From Octopus vulgaris (lineage: Eukaryota): a stretch of 64,000 bases of DNA. How positions within the stretch are numbered: position 1 is the stretch's first letter; the number at the start of each line of letters is the position of its first letter. The notes below the pieces were generated by a model. That model worked only from the letters and a program-made list of their open reading frames with translations, did not search any database and had not been told where the DNA came from. The DNA lies in assembly GCA_951406725.2 (NCBI GenBank), contig OX597832.1, forward strand, positions 53,754,001 through 53,818,000, read 5' to 3'. Positions 25,986 through 39,005 of the stretch are shown here, piece by piece. A program made the position numbers and the translations under genes.

Positions 25986-26814
25986 GGGAAGAAGAAGAAG
26001 TGCCTAGCATTGATAACGGGTGGACATGTTCTTCACTGTTCAGACCAGTCAGCAGCCAAAGACACAAATACACTTATACAATCCAGCAGAACAACTGAAA
26101 AATAACTCTCAAAAACTGGAATACCGCCAAATTCCTGTGGGTATTTAAAATTTCTTTCAAAATATGTTTGAAAACTTGCATATCTACAGTTTTCTCTGGT
26201 TGGACACAAATGATTATCTTTAAAAACTTTAAAACCTACAATTTTATGTGAATAACCTTTCCTTTCTCCTTGCTGACTATTCGAAAATGTAAACATACCT
26301 TTTACTACAAGAACACAAATTTTCTTTTTCTTTATTGCCCTCTAAACATAGAGGGGACATACAAAGACAGACAAAGGGATTAAATAGAGTACATCGACCC
26401 TAGTGCACAACTGGTACTTATTTAATCGACCCCGAGAGGATGAAAGGCAAAGTCGACTTTGGCGGGATTTGAACTCAGAACGTAATGACAGACAAAATAC
26501 TGCTAAGCATTTTGCCTGGCGTGCTAACGTTTCTGCCAGCTTGCTGCCTTTCTCTTTGGTAGACACACAAACGCTCATCTTTAGAAACTTTAAAAACTTT
26601 AACGTACGATTTTTTTGTGAATACCTAACATTTCCTTTCTCCCTGACTGCTTGAATATCTTTTATGGCAACAACACTATTAAAACACATGAGAGAAATGA
26701 AGGAGACGAGCAACTGCCAATATGTACAAACTGAACAATTACGAAAACTGTAAATCAAAGTAAAACCTATAAAAAAAAAAGAAAAAAAGGAAAATTCAAT
26801 GGTGTAAGTATCAC

Positions 26815-27296
26815 TCTTTACTCTTTTACTTGTTTCAGTCATTTGATTGTGGCCATGCTGGAGCACCGCCTTTTAGTCAAACAAATTGACCCCAGGACTT
26901 ATTACTCTTTCACTTGTTTCAGTCATTTGACTGCGGCCATGCTGGTGCACCACCTTTAATCGAGCAAATCGACCCCGGGACTTATTCTTTGTAAGCCTAG
27001 TACTTATTCTATCGGTCTCTTTTGCCGAACCGCTAAGTGACAGGGACGTAAACACACCAACATCGGTTGTCAAACAATGCTAGGGGGACAAACACAAACA
27101 CACACACATACATATATATATATACATATATACAACAGGCTTCTTTCAGTTTCCGTCTACCAAATCCACTCACAAGGCTTTGGTCGGCCCAGGGCTATAG
27201 AAGAAGACACTTGCCCAAGATGCCACGCAGTGGGACTGAACCCGGAACCATGTGGTTGGTTAGCAAGCTACTTACCACACAGCCACTCCTGCACCT
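26815..27296 (-). mobile_element. SINE family 1 with duplicated 3' tail
   Basis: Reverse-complement homology; the tail segment occurs twice (near 26815 and 26903). Confidence 0.8.
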
Positions 27297-28247
27297 AAAA
27301 TGAAATTACATGTGGCCTTGGCAAATTAGATATTGTAATTTCATTTCAATTTCAGCCAGCCTCCCCTTCACATTGGAAAATAACTATGTATTAAATGTGC
27401 CGGTTAAAATGTACATGTGTATTAATTTAGCATTAATATTTAATGATAATAATAATAATAATAATAATAATATTTAAATGCTACAACTTTTCTTCTAAGC
27501 ACATCTAGCTATGTGGTGCGTAAACTTAAATTTCTTTATCACCCATAAGGGTTTACACAGATGGGGACAATACAACATGATTTGGGGTCATGTGGATGAA
27601 ATGGAATTATTTACAATGAAATCGAATGAATTATTTACAATGAAATCGAATGAGTTACAAGAACAGTCAAAAAAACAGGATAGCCGACCCCACGAGCCCT
27701 GTTATTTTAACTGAAACCTTTTGGTAAGTGATCATGGCGTGTTCATGCAAGGTCTTTCACACCTAGCATCTGTGCAACACGCATCCATCTATTTTTGAAA
27801 ACGCACTCTGACAGACACATTTTCTCTAGCCCCAACAAACGTTAGCACGCCGGGCAAAATGCGTTGCCGTATTTTGTCTGCTGTTACGTTCCGAGTTCAA
27901 ATTCCACCGAGGTTGACTTTGCCTTTCATCCTTCCGGGGTCGATAAATTAAGTACCAGTTACGCACTGGGGTCGATGTAATCGACTTAATCCCTTTGTCT
28001 GTCCTTGTTTGTCCCTTCTGTGTTTAGCCCCTTGTGGGTAGTAAAGAAATAAATATATACACACATATATGCATATACAACAGGCTTCTTCCAGTTTCTG
28101 TTTACCAAATCCACTCACAAGTCTTTGGTCAGCCTGAGACTATACTAGAAGACACTTGTCCAAGTTGCCACGCAGTGGGACTGAACCCGGCACCATGTGG
28201 TTGATAAGCAAGCCACTTACCACACAACTACACTTGTGCCTATATAT

Positions 28248-29136
28248 CAATACGCAGGATGAAAAATATCAGCTAAGTCCTGTTCCTTCTTTTCATTGTT
28301 TTTGCAAGTATCATCATCACCATCAAGCCTTCTTATTATTATTGTTTCCCCATATATTGGCGTTATCGTTGTCTTTCGTCTCAAATGCTAGCTGAAGCAT
28401 ATAAACTTTCATTTACAAAAACTTCGCAAAAACATCTCGTCTCAAATTTGGTCTTTCTTTTCTGTCGCTAAATTCTCTAACCCATCTTTTCCCAACTTCC
28501 ACTCATAGAAACTTATGCACACGATCGCAAAGCATTCCATCTCAAATCCTGTCTTTCTTTCTGCCGCCTAAAAATCTCATCTTCTCCCATTGCGCGGTGT
28601 CGTTTTGTCCCTCTGTTATCACTATGTCTCTCTCTCTCTCTCTCTCTCTCTCGCTCTCTCTCTCTCTCTCGCTATGTGGTGTCGGTTTCTCCCTCTGTTA
28701 TCACTGTCTCTCTCTCTCTCTGTATATATATCTCGCCTTCACTCGCTTCCACAGGCTTAGCCAATACGCAGGATGAAAAATATCAGCTAAGTCCTGTTCC
28801 TTCTTTTCATTGTTTTTGCAAGTATCATCATCACCATCAAGCCTTCTTATTATTATTGTTTCCCCATATATTGGCGTTATCGTTGTCTTTCGTCTCAAAT
28901 GCTAGCTGAAGCATATAAACTTTCATTTACAAAAACTTCGCAAAAACATCTCGTCTCAAATTTGGTCTTTCTTTTCTGTCGCTAAATTCTCTAACCCATC
29001 TTTTCCCAACTTCCACTCATAGAAACTTATGCACACGATCGCAAAGCATTCCATCTCAAATCCTGTCTTTCTTTCTGCCGCCTAAAAATCTCATCTTCTC
29101 CCATTGCGCGGTGTCGTTTTGTCCCTCTGTTATCAC

Positions 29137-29195
<59 letters not shown>

Positions 29196-29658
29196 ATGTG
29201 GTGTCGGTTTCTCCCTCTGTTATCACTGTCTCTCTCTCTCTCTGTATATATATCTCGCCTTCACTCGCTTCCACAGGCTTAGCCAATACGCAGGATGAAA
29301 AATATCAGCTAAGTCCTGTTCCTTCTTTTCATTGTTTTTGCAAGTATCATCATCACCATCAAGCCTTCTTATTATTATTGTTTCCCCATATATTGGCGTT
29401 ATCGTTGTCTTTCGTCTCAAATGCTAGCTGAAGCATATAAACTTTCATTTACAAAAACTTCGCAAAAACATCTCGTCTCAAATTTGGTCTTTCTTTTCTG
29501 TCGCTAAATTCTCTAACCCATCTTTTCCCAACTTCCACTCATAGAAACTTATGCACACGATCGCAAAGCATTCCATCTCAAATCCTGTCTTTCTTTCTGC
29601 CGCCTAAAAATCTCATCTTCTCCCATTGCGCGGTGTCGTTTTGTCCCTCTGTTATCAC

Positions 29659-29695
<37 letters not shown>

Positions 29696-30171
29696 CTCTC
29701 TCTCTCGCTATGTGGTGTCGGTTTCTCCCTCTGTTATCACTGTCTCTCTCTCTCTCTGTATATATATCTCGCCTTCACTCGCTTCCACAGGCTTAGCCAA
29801 TACGCAGGATGAAAAATATCAGCTAAGTCCTGTTCCTTCTTTTCATTGTTTTTGCAAGTATCATCATCACCATCAAGCCTTCTTATTATTATTGTTTCCC
29901 CATATATTGGCGTTATCGTTGTCTTTCGTCTCAAATGCTAGCTGAAGCATATAAACTTTCATTTACAAAAACTTCGCAAAAACATCTCGTCTCAAATTTG
30001 GTCTTTCTTTCTGTCGCTAAATTCTCTAACCCATCTTTTCCCAACTTCCACTCATAGAAACTTATGCACACGATCGCAAAGCATTCCATCTCAAATCCTG
30101 TCTTTCTTTCTGCCGCCTAAAAATCTCATCTTCTCCCATTGCGCGGTGTCGTTTTGTCCCTCTGTTATCAC

Positions 30172-30218
<47 letters not shown>

Positions 30219-30681
30219 ATGTGGTGTCGGTTTCTCCCTCTGTTATCACTGTCTCTCTCTCTCTCTGTATATATATCTCGCCTTCACTCGCTTCCACAGG
30301 CTTAGCCAATACGCAGGATGAAAAATATCAGCTAAGTCCTGTTCCTTCTTTTCATTGTTTTTGCAAGTATCATCATCACCATCAAGCCTTCTTATTATTA
30401 TTGTTTCCCCATATATTGGCGTTATCGTTGTCTTTCGTCTCAAATGCTAGCTGAAGCATATAAACTTTCATTTACAAAAACTTCGCAAAAACATCTCGTC
30501 TCAAATTTGGTCTTTCTTTTCTGTCGCTAAATTCTCTAACCCATCTTTTCCCAACTTCCACTCATAGAAACTTATGCACACGATCGCAAAGCATTCCATC
30601 TCAAATCCTGTCTTTCTTTCTGCCGCCTAAAAATCTCATCTTCTCCCATTGCGCGGTGTCGTTTTGTCCCTCTGTTATCAC

Positions 30682-30716
<35 letters not shown>

Positions 30717-31195
30717 CTCTCTCTCTCTCGCTATGTGGTGTCGGTTTCTCCCTCTGTTATCACTGTCTCTCTCTCTCTCTGTATATATATCTCGCCTTCA
30801 CTCGCTTCCACAGGCTTAGCCAATACGCAGGATGAAAAATATCAGCTAAGTCCTGTTCCTTCTTTTCATTGTTTTTGCAAGTATCATCATCACCATCAAG
30901 CCTTCTTATTATTATTGTTTCCCCATATATTGGCGTTATCGTTGTCTTTCGTCTCAAATGCTAGCTGAAGCATATAAACTTTCATTTACAAAAACTTCGC
31001 AAAAACATCTCGTCTCAAATTTGGTCTTTCTTTTCTGTCGCTAAATTCTCTAACCCATCTTTTCCCAACTTCCACTCATAGAAACTTATGCACACGATCG
31101 CAAAGCATTCCATCTCAAATCCTGTCTTTCTTTCTGCCGCCTAAAAATCTCATCTTCTCCCATTGCGCGGTGTCGTTTTGTCCCTCTGTTATCAC

Positions 31196-31234
<39 letters not shown>

Positions 31235-31710
31235 CTCTCTCTCTCGCTATGTGGTGTCGGTTTCTCCCTCTGTTATCACTGTCTCTCTCTCTCTCTGTAT
31301 ATATATCTCGCCTTCACTCGCTTCCACAGGCTTAGCCAATACGCAGGATGAAAAATATCAGCTAAGTCCTGTTCCTTCTTTTCATTGTTTTTGCAAGTAT
31401 CATCATCACCATCAAGCCTTCTTATTATTATTGTTTCCCCATATATTGGCGTTATCGTTGTCTTTCGTCTCAAATGCTAGCTGAAGCATATAAACTTTCA
31501 TTTACAAAAACTTCGCAAAAACATCTCGTCTCAAATTTGGTCTTTCTTTCTGTCGCTAAATTCTCTAACCCATCTTTTCCCAACTTCCACTCATAGAAAC
31601 TTATGCACACGATCGCAAAGCATTCCATCTCAAATCCTGTCTTTCTTTCTGCCGCCTAAAAATCTCATCTTCTCCCATTGCGCGGTGTCGTTTTGTCCCT
31701 CTGTTATCAC

Positions 31711-31745
<35 letters not shown>

Positions 31746-32224
31746 CTCTCTCTCTCTCGCTATGTGGTGTCGGTTTCTCCCTCTGTTATCACTGTCTCTC
31801 TCTCTCTCTGTATATATATCTCGCCTTCACTCGCTTCCACAGGCTTAGCCAATACGCAGGATGAAAAATATCAGCTAAGTCCTGTTCCTTCTTTTCATTG
31901 TTTTTGCAAGTATCATCATCACCATCAAGCCTTCTTATTATTATTGTTTCCCCATATATTGGCGTTATCGTTGTCTTTCGTCTCAAATGCTAGCTGAAGC
32001 ATATAAACTTTCATTTACAAAAACTTCGCAAAAACATCTCGTCTCAAATTTGGTCTTTCTTTTCTGTCGCTAAATTCTCTAACCCATCTTTTCCCAACTT
32101 CCACTCATAGAAACTTATGCACACGATCGCAAAGCATTCCATCTCAAATCCTGTCTTTCTTTCTGCCGCCTAAAAATCTCATCTTCTCCCATTGCGCGGT
32201 GTCGTTTTGTCCCTCTGTTATCAC

Positions 32225-32265
<41 letters not shown>

Positions 32266-32720
32266 CTCTCTCTCTCTCGCTATGTGGTGTCGGTTTCTCC
32301 CTCTGTTATCACTGTCTCTCTCTCTCTCTGTATATATATCTCGCCTTCACTCGCTTCCACAGGCTTAGCCAATACGCAGGATGAAAAATATCAGCTAAGT
32401 CCTGTTCCTTCTTTTCATTGTTTTTGCAAGTATCATCATCACCATCAAGCCTTCTTATTATTATTGTTTCCCCATATATTGGCGTTATCGTTGTCTTTCG
32501 TCTCAAATGCTAGCTGAAGCATATAAACTTTCATTTACAAAAACTTCGCAAAAACATCTCGTCTCAAATTTGGTCTTTCTTTCTGTCGCTAAATTCTCTA
32601 ACCCATCTTTTCCCAACTTCCACTCATAGAAACTTATGCACACGATCGCAAAGCATTCCATCTCAAATCCTGTCTTTCTTTCTGCCGCCTAAAAATCTCA
32701 TCTTCTCCCATTGCGCGGTG
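28248..32720. repeat. Tandem array of ~515-bp units (8 full plus 1 partial)
   Basis: Unit starts (CAATACGCAGG) at 28248, 28762, 29284, 29798, 30307, 30821, 31337, 31850 and 32370. Length variation is essentially confined to the (CT)n tract. Confidence 0.97.
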
Positions 32721-32729
32721 CGCCCGCCC

Positions 32730-33030
32730 TCCCACCCCCACCACCAATACCACCCCCACCACCAATACCACCCCCACCACCAATACCACCCCCACCACCA
32801 ATACCACCCCCACCACCAATACCACCCCCACCACCAATACCACCCCCACCACCAATACCACCCCCACCACCAATACCACCCCCACCACCAATACCACCAA
32901 TACCACCCCCACCACCAATACCACCCCCACCACTCCCACCCCCACCACCAATACCACCCCCACCACCACCAATACCACCACCAATACCCCCCCCACCAAT
33001 ACCACCCCCACCGCCAATACCACCAATACC
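32730..33030. repeat. 18-bp minisatellite (CCACCCCCACCACCAATA)n, G-rich on the minus strand
   Basis: Seen directly; regular on the left, degenerating on the right. Confidence 0.95.
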
Positions 33031-34389
33031 GGTGAACACTGTTCTCACCATCTACACCGGATACTCCCTCCTCCTCCCCCACCACCCCTTCCTACCCCTT
33101 CTCCTCATATGCTTTCACTGAGAAAAGACAAGCTGCTAGCGTCTCAGCTCATCAACCGCCCTCTGATCTTACGCTTCCTCCTGTTTTGAATCTGACACTG
33201 CCTCAATCCTACTATCTCCTTCCAGTCCCCTCCATGCCTCGTAATATCCTACGTTTTTATTTCTTACGAACCTGCACCAACCCTTCCTGCCATCGTTCCT
33301 CCTTACCCACCCAACCTTCCCCACACCTACCCATATATATATATACACATCCTACGTTTATATTTCTTACGAACCTTCACCAACCCTTCCTGCCATCGTT
33401 CCTCCTCCCCCAACCTTCCCCACTGGTGCTCCCCTATATTACCTGCACCCCTTTACTATCTCTCCCTCTCTTTTCACTGGTGAAACCTTTCTCAGCTGGA
33501 CCCCCCCCAACTCAACTCTACCCCGCATCCCGTTGCCCCCGTGTCCCTGGCACGTTAAAAGCTCGAACTGATCGTGACCGATGCCGGACCCCCCGGCCCC
33601 TGTGCAGGTGGCACGTAAAAAGCACCCAATCCACTCACGGAGTGGTTGGCGTTAGGAAGGGCATCCAGCCGTAGAAACTCTGCCAGAATCAGACTGGAGC
33701 CTGGAGCGGCCCCTGGCTTCCCAGACCCCGGTCGAACCGTCCAACCCGTGCTAGCGCGGAAAACGGACGTTAAACGATGATGATGATGATATATATATAT
33801 ATATTTAAAAAAGGAGATGTGGAACACGAGTTGTGATATATAAAAAGGAAATGAAGAAAATGCTGACAAAATAATTTAAGTAATTTAAGTAATTTAATTA
33901 GGTGAAGTTCTTTTTACCGGTTGCACATTTGTTATGCTTATCAAAATATATTTTTTAAAGAGAGATTAGAGTTCCTTTTCTGATAGATTTTTTCCTCTTA
34001 TCTGACTTTATGTTGGGTTTGCTGTCTCTTATATGTGAAAAAAGAGGCTCCAGAATTGTTTTGGATTTGCTTGGTTTCGCGCCTAAAATTTCTTGTGGAC
34101 AATGGTCAATACAATTTTGATTGGTCATTATGAAGGGGTCACGTGAATGTTTGAATGGAAGTTGGTGTTGGGGTAAGAAAAAAGGCTCCAGAGAAGTTAA
34201 AATTTGGCTAGTGTTGCACCTAAAATATCTTATTGGTCATAATAAAGAGGTCACGTGGATGTGGTCATAATAGAGAGGTCACATGAATGTTTAGAATTTT
34301 CGAAAATAACGTTGTTGAAAATTCTTATTGTTCAGGCTGGTTAGTAGACGTCATGTGGATATTTTAAATAGCTTTTCAGAGCTTAGTTA

Positions 34390-35165
34390 GGGAGTGTATT
34401 TTCCGCTTGACTGAATTTGAGCTGGATAAGTAAGTTCGTTTAGGACAGGAAGAGCTGTATGTATGTATGTGTGTGTGTGTTTATATATATGTTGGGGGGC
34501 GCGCGTGTATATATGTGTGCGTGTGTGGGTACAATTTTCAATATTTATAGTTCTGCTGGCCTTGTGCCTGTATCGGGAAGCAACGTGTTTGTGTGAAGTC
34601 AATATTTACAGACATTTCCAAAAAATAGTGTTGGATGTTTTGCACCCGTATTCAATTATGTGTATGTGTGGAACCATATATTTGCGTGTGTCATGGTGTT
34701 AATATCTGGGTAAAGGTGTGTGTAGGATGTGTGCAGGTGTAAGTGTGTTTGTTGTGGGTTCGTGTTAGGGGGATGTGTTTAGAAGTGGTCTGTATTTATT
34801 AATAAGGTGGGATTCCATGGTTATTCGCTGGGTATGAGTGGCATTGTCTTTAAATTTGTAGAGGGGAAAGATTCTAAAATTTTAAACAAGGACAACGTTT
34901 CACAGTAAAACACAACTTCACATGCGCATCAGAAAACCTAGTATATGTCTTAACTTGCTCGGGCTGTAATGAACACTACATAGGCCAAACTAAAAATAGC
35001 CTCTGCCAACGCATGACTGTCCACAGATCCCAAATAAAAATACAGGAATACAGAAAAATAGCACTTAGTGCACATATTGATACCTGTGCCGCACAACTCC
35101 ATCCCAATTTTAGAATCTTTCCCCTCTACAAATTTAAAGACAATGCCACTCATATCCAGCGAATA
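34390..35165. mobile_element. Penelope-like element remnant (Neptune-type GIY-YIG) with 5' inversion
   Basis: Plus 34885-35165 encodes FTCASENLVYVLTCSGCNEHYIGQT..RMTVHRSQI. Minus from 34883 leftward encodes ..QRITMESHLINKYRPLLN*. About 60 bp occur in both orientations. Confidence 0.75.
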
Positions 35166-35599
35166 CACTTTGCCTACCGTCGTTCGCCAACCTATAGACG
35201 CATGTTGGGAGTAAACACATTCACACTTGCCACATTCGCCACTGATAACTAACATTCAACAAATTTACTGGAGAAAAGCCTCTTCTCCCCCATTTCGTTT
35301 TCCTTTTTGACTGGAACTTGGAAGAGTCGATGTGAATTTAACCGAGGAGGAGTCTCTCTTCCCCCTCTCTTTTTTCCATCTCATCACTTCACAAACTCTC
35401 ACCTCATAGTTAGAGGTCAACATAGAGGTCAGCTGCTTGGCCCACCCTCTCAAAAAACAATATACATACAACCACAGTTTCACGTAACACAGAGAAACCC
35501 AGAAACTGAATGGATACACGCAGAACAATCTCTATCCTCAGTAACTCATCTCGAACATACTCGTCCAATAGCAATTTCAATAAATAACAAAACCCTTTA

Positions 35600-36148
35600 T
35601 AATGAAGGCACAGGCCCTGAAATTTTGGGGGGAGGAAACTAGTCGATTACATCGACCCCACTGTTTCACTGCACTTAATTTAGCGACTCTGACGGAATTT
35701 GAACTCAGAACGTAGTGACAGGTGAAATACCTATTTCTTTATTACCCACAAGGGGCTAAACACAGAGGAGACAAATAAGGACAGACAAACGGATTAAGTT
35801 GATTACATCGACCTCAGTGCGAAACTGGTACGTTATTTATCGACCCTGAAAGGATGAAAGGCAAAGTCGACCTCGGCGGAATTTGAACTCAGAACGTTTT
35901 GGCAAACAAAATACTTATTTCTTTACTACCCACAAGGGGCTAAACACAGAGGGGACAAACAAGGACAGACAAACGGATTAAGTTGATTACATCGACCCCA
36001 GTGTGAAACTGGTACTTTATTTATCGACCACGAAAGGATGAAAGGCAAAGTCGACCTCAGCGGAATTTGAACTCAGAACGTATCGGCAGACGAAATACCG
36101 CTAAGCATTTCGCCCGGCGTGCTAACGATTCTGGCAGCTCGCCACCTT
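35600..36148 (-). mobile_element. Tandem triple of SINE family 2
   Basis: Three successive GGAATTTGAACTCAGAACG units. Confidence 0.8.
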
Positions 36149-36635
36149 ACTTTCAATAACTAATGGTAATAATAATGGTTTCTAAGCTAGTCCTTATGCT
36201 TATGTTGGCTTCTTCTCTTCCGTGATCTTACAAAATTTAGACAACGATCATACACCACCATTCATATTTTCCACTGTTCGTATATAGCTGATACCATGCA
36301 CCATTTCAGTTATATATACATCCAACCTGAAATTATATCTCAAGTCATTCTGAGGTCGTGCAGTAACGAGGCCGAAACATGCTCCTGGAGTTACCCCCAT
36401 ATTTCCAAAGATCAGATTTACTTCCCAATGTCCGCTATTTTTAATGAACTTTAGAAAGATTTCAGATTTGCCTCCCTTGCTTTACTGTATTTTTGTTAAT
36501 CCAATTTATTATTTTGATAATGATTATTCTTGACATTTGGAGTGTGTTTTTAATTAATTAAAATTTCATAGCTTTTTACATCAAATATATTTGTGTCCAC
36601 TTTACTATTAAAACGACTGGAAAAGGTAATAAAGT

Positions 36636-36654
36636 TGGCCACCAGGAGGTAGCG
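36636..36654 (+). promoter_or_regulatory. Candidate CTCF-binding site upstream of CYB5R4
   Basis: TGGCCACCAGGAGGTAGCG closely resembles the CTCF core TGGCCACCAGGGGGCGC and lies in non-repetitive DNA. Confidence 0.45.
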
Positions 36655-38056
36655 AACAGTAGGGTGAGGGGTTCAAATAGAAGATGAGAGTCTTCAAATA
36701 GTCAGAGTTGATGAATGAATCAACCTGTTCGGATAACTTGCCTGAACCAAAGCAATTTTTCCCTGCCAGACGTTCTGATCCAGTGATGAGGTACGAACGT
36801 CTGGCTTGGGTTTTTGGTCTTTTGCTAACTAAATATCTCTTTGCCCATGCTATGACTACAAACGACAGCAGTAGTTCAGTAACTGAATTGGTTGATGCTG
36901 GCTGTTGGCAGTTTTTTGTCTGTTCATCTGTTCGGCATCTAGTGATATTTGCCATTGATTTTATATGTTCAGTTACCATAGTAGTTCTCATCCACTATGC
37001 TGCATCCTATGATTGCAACGTATCCTGGCTTGGGGGGGGGGTTACATGCTAATTAACCTATAACAGGGATTGTGACGGGTGCTACTACTCAGGGTTAGAA
37101 TAGACCTGGGAACAATATTGTCTAAGAGGTGATCTAACACCTCTCGTAACCCTAGGGCTCTGGAACCAAGACCCTACAATCAGATGCAGTTTAAACTCAT
37201 ACTCAGGACTGATGTATGAATCAATGAAATAATTATTCATTAATGATTCGTTTTAAAGTCATACTTGGGACAGGTGTATGAATTATCGAAATAGTTATTA
37301 AAAAATAAGAACCAATAATAAAAATGAAAATGACCATAAAAAAGAAATAAAATAAATTTTTATTTATAACACACTTTGAAAATGCTAACCCTTTTGCGTT
37401 CAAATTACTCTGCCAAATGTAAAGCTTATTTATTCATGTTGTTTTGAATTAATCAGGTATTGTCTCATAACTTTGAGATTTTGATGATGTTATTGTCTAT
37501 TCTTAGAATGGCATTATAGGGTAGATGTTAGAGCTTAGATCAAGTCAGTTTGACCATAAAACAGGAGGTATATTTTGGCTGGATATGGCCATTTTAAATG
37601 CTACAGGGTTAAAGCAACTATCTACAGTAAAGCTTGTCTGTCTTTATATTACTGTAATTTGATGGCATGAAAGACTCACAGGCATGTTAGATGCACCTCA
37701 CCCCAGCTTCAACAACACATATCCATGAAAAAAAGATTTTAGTTCATTCAGGAACAAAATTAGCTTATGGGAGGCTCAACTTTGCATGTAGGGCCCAGAG
37801 TGAGGTATTTTTCTTTTCATTTTTTTTATTTTGGAATATGTGCATCTTATATGCCATCATATATGGTACTTCTGCCACATGATGGTGCTTTACCCAATTT
37901 ATTGTTGCCTAAACATTTGTTTTTCATTTATTTGGAACTTTATTTTTTTTCTTAGCTTTTATTTTAAATATTCTTTGCAGATAATTCAAACTGGGGTGTG
38001 GCAAGTCCCGATCAAGACCAGTTAGTCCTAACGGTGCAGGTAGAAATAATAGCTGC

Positions 38057-38327
38057 ATGGACAAGTCAGTTGACAAACAGCAAGCTGTGAAAAACATGGT
38101 TCCTCAGTTTCCTGCTGCCGATTCCCAGCAGCGTTCTTCATCATCTTCTGCGTCTTCAGGTGGACGCAACAAAGTTGCTCTGAAGGAATGCCGATCCTTA
38201 ATGGACTGGATACGCTTATCGCGAAGTGGTGAAGACCTTACTGGAATCGGGGGAAAGGTAATTGATGTCACCCCAGAAGAACTGAGGAAACACAATACTG
38301 AGAATGATGCCTGGATGGCTATAAGAG
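38057..38327 (+). CDS. CYB5R4: Cytochrome b5 reductase 4 (NCB5OR), first coding exon (exon 37981-38327)
   Basis: FPAADSQQR..GGRNKVALK..RSLMDWIRL..SGEDLTG..EELRKHN...DAWMAIRG matches the CYB5R4 N-terminus. Acceptor TTCTTTGCAG ends at 37980, an in-frame stop precedes the ATG, and the donor is G|GTAAAT. Confidence 0.92.
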
Positions 38328-38610
38328 GTAAATATGTTTCCTTTAGTTTATCATTAATGAAATTCCTTTGAAATACTCAACAAAACTATGTAAGTCATGT
38401 GTGTTTTTGTTTGTGATTTGATAAGCAGTGCCAAGTTTTGCAATTCTGTAAATAATAATAATAATATTTTATAAACTTAAAGCTTATAAGCAATCACCAT
38501 GTATTGATTTACTTTAATTAAAACATGGTGATTGCTTATGAGTTTTAAGGTCATAAAAATATTAATATTATATAAATCTGTTGTAACTTAATTTTTTATG
38601 TACGATATCA

Positions 38611-39005
38611 GGTGCAGGAGTGGCTGTGTGGTAAGTAGCTTGCTTACCAACCACATGGTTCTGGGTTCAGTCGCATTGTGTGGCACCTTGGGCTAGTGTC
38701 TTCTACTATAGCCTCAGGCTGACCAAAGAGTTGTGAGTGGATTTGGTAGACGGAAACTGAAAGAAGCCCATCATATATATGTATATGTATATATGTGTGT
38801 TTGTGTGTCTGTGTTTGTCCCCCCTCCCCAACATCGCTTGACAACTGATGGTGGTGTGTTAACGTCCCCGTAACTTAGCGGTTTGGCAGAAGAAACCGAT
38901 AGAATAAGTACTAGGCTTTCTAAGAATAAGTACTGGGGTTGATTTGCTCGACTAAAGGTGGTGCTCCAGCATGGCCACAGTTAAATGACTGAAACAAGTA
39001 AACGA
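38611..39005 (+). mobile_element. SINE family 1
   Basis: Homologous to 1053-1455. Confidence 0.85.

Noticed and set aside
28765-28775. Relaxase oriT-like CATCCTG|C or CRESS nonamer in the array hairpin loop
   Set aside because: The match is short enough to be chance and no Rep or relaxase gene is present, so it was not used as evidence.
28248-32720. CRISPR array or repeated small protein genes (77-aa and 65-aa ORFs)
   Set aside because: Units are identical with no unique spacers, there are no cas genes and the context is eukaryotic. The ORFs are by-products of the repeat and change with (CT)n length.
32634-33121. Gly-rich, Pro-rich, His-rich or Trp-rich ORFs as structural proteins
   Set aside because: Several frames are open only because of an 18-bp stop-free repeat. 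No credible start, signal peptide or splice context.
36708-37052. 114-aa and 127-aa ORFs as independent genes
   Set aside because: No recognisable domain; better explained as the CYB5R4 5' region and intron.
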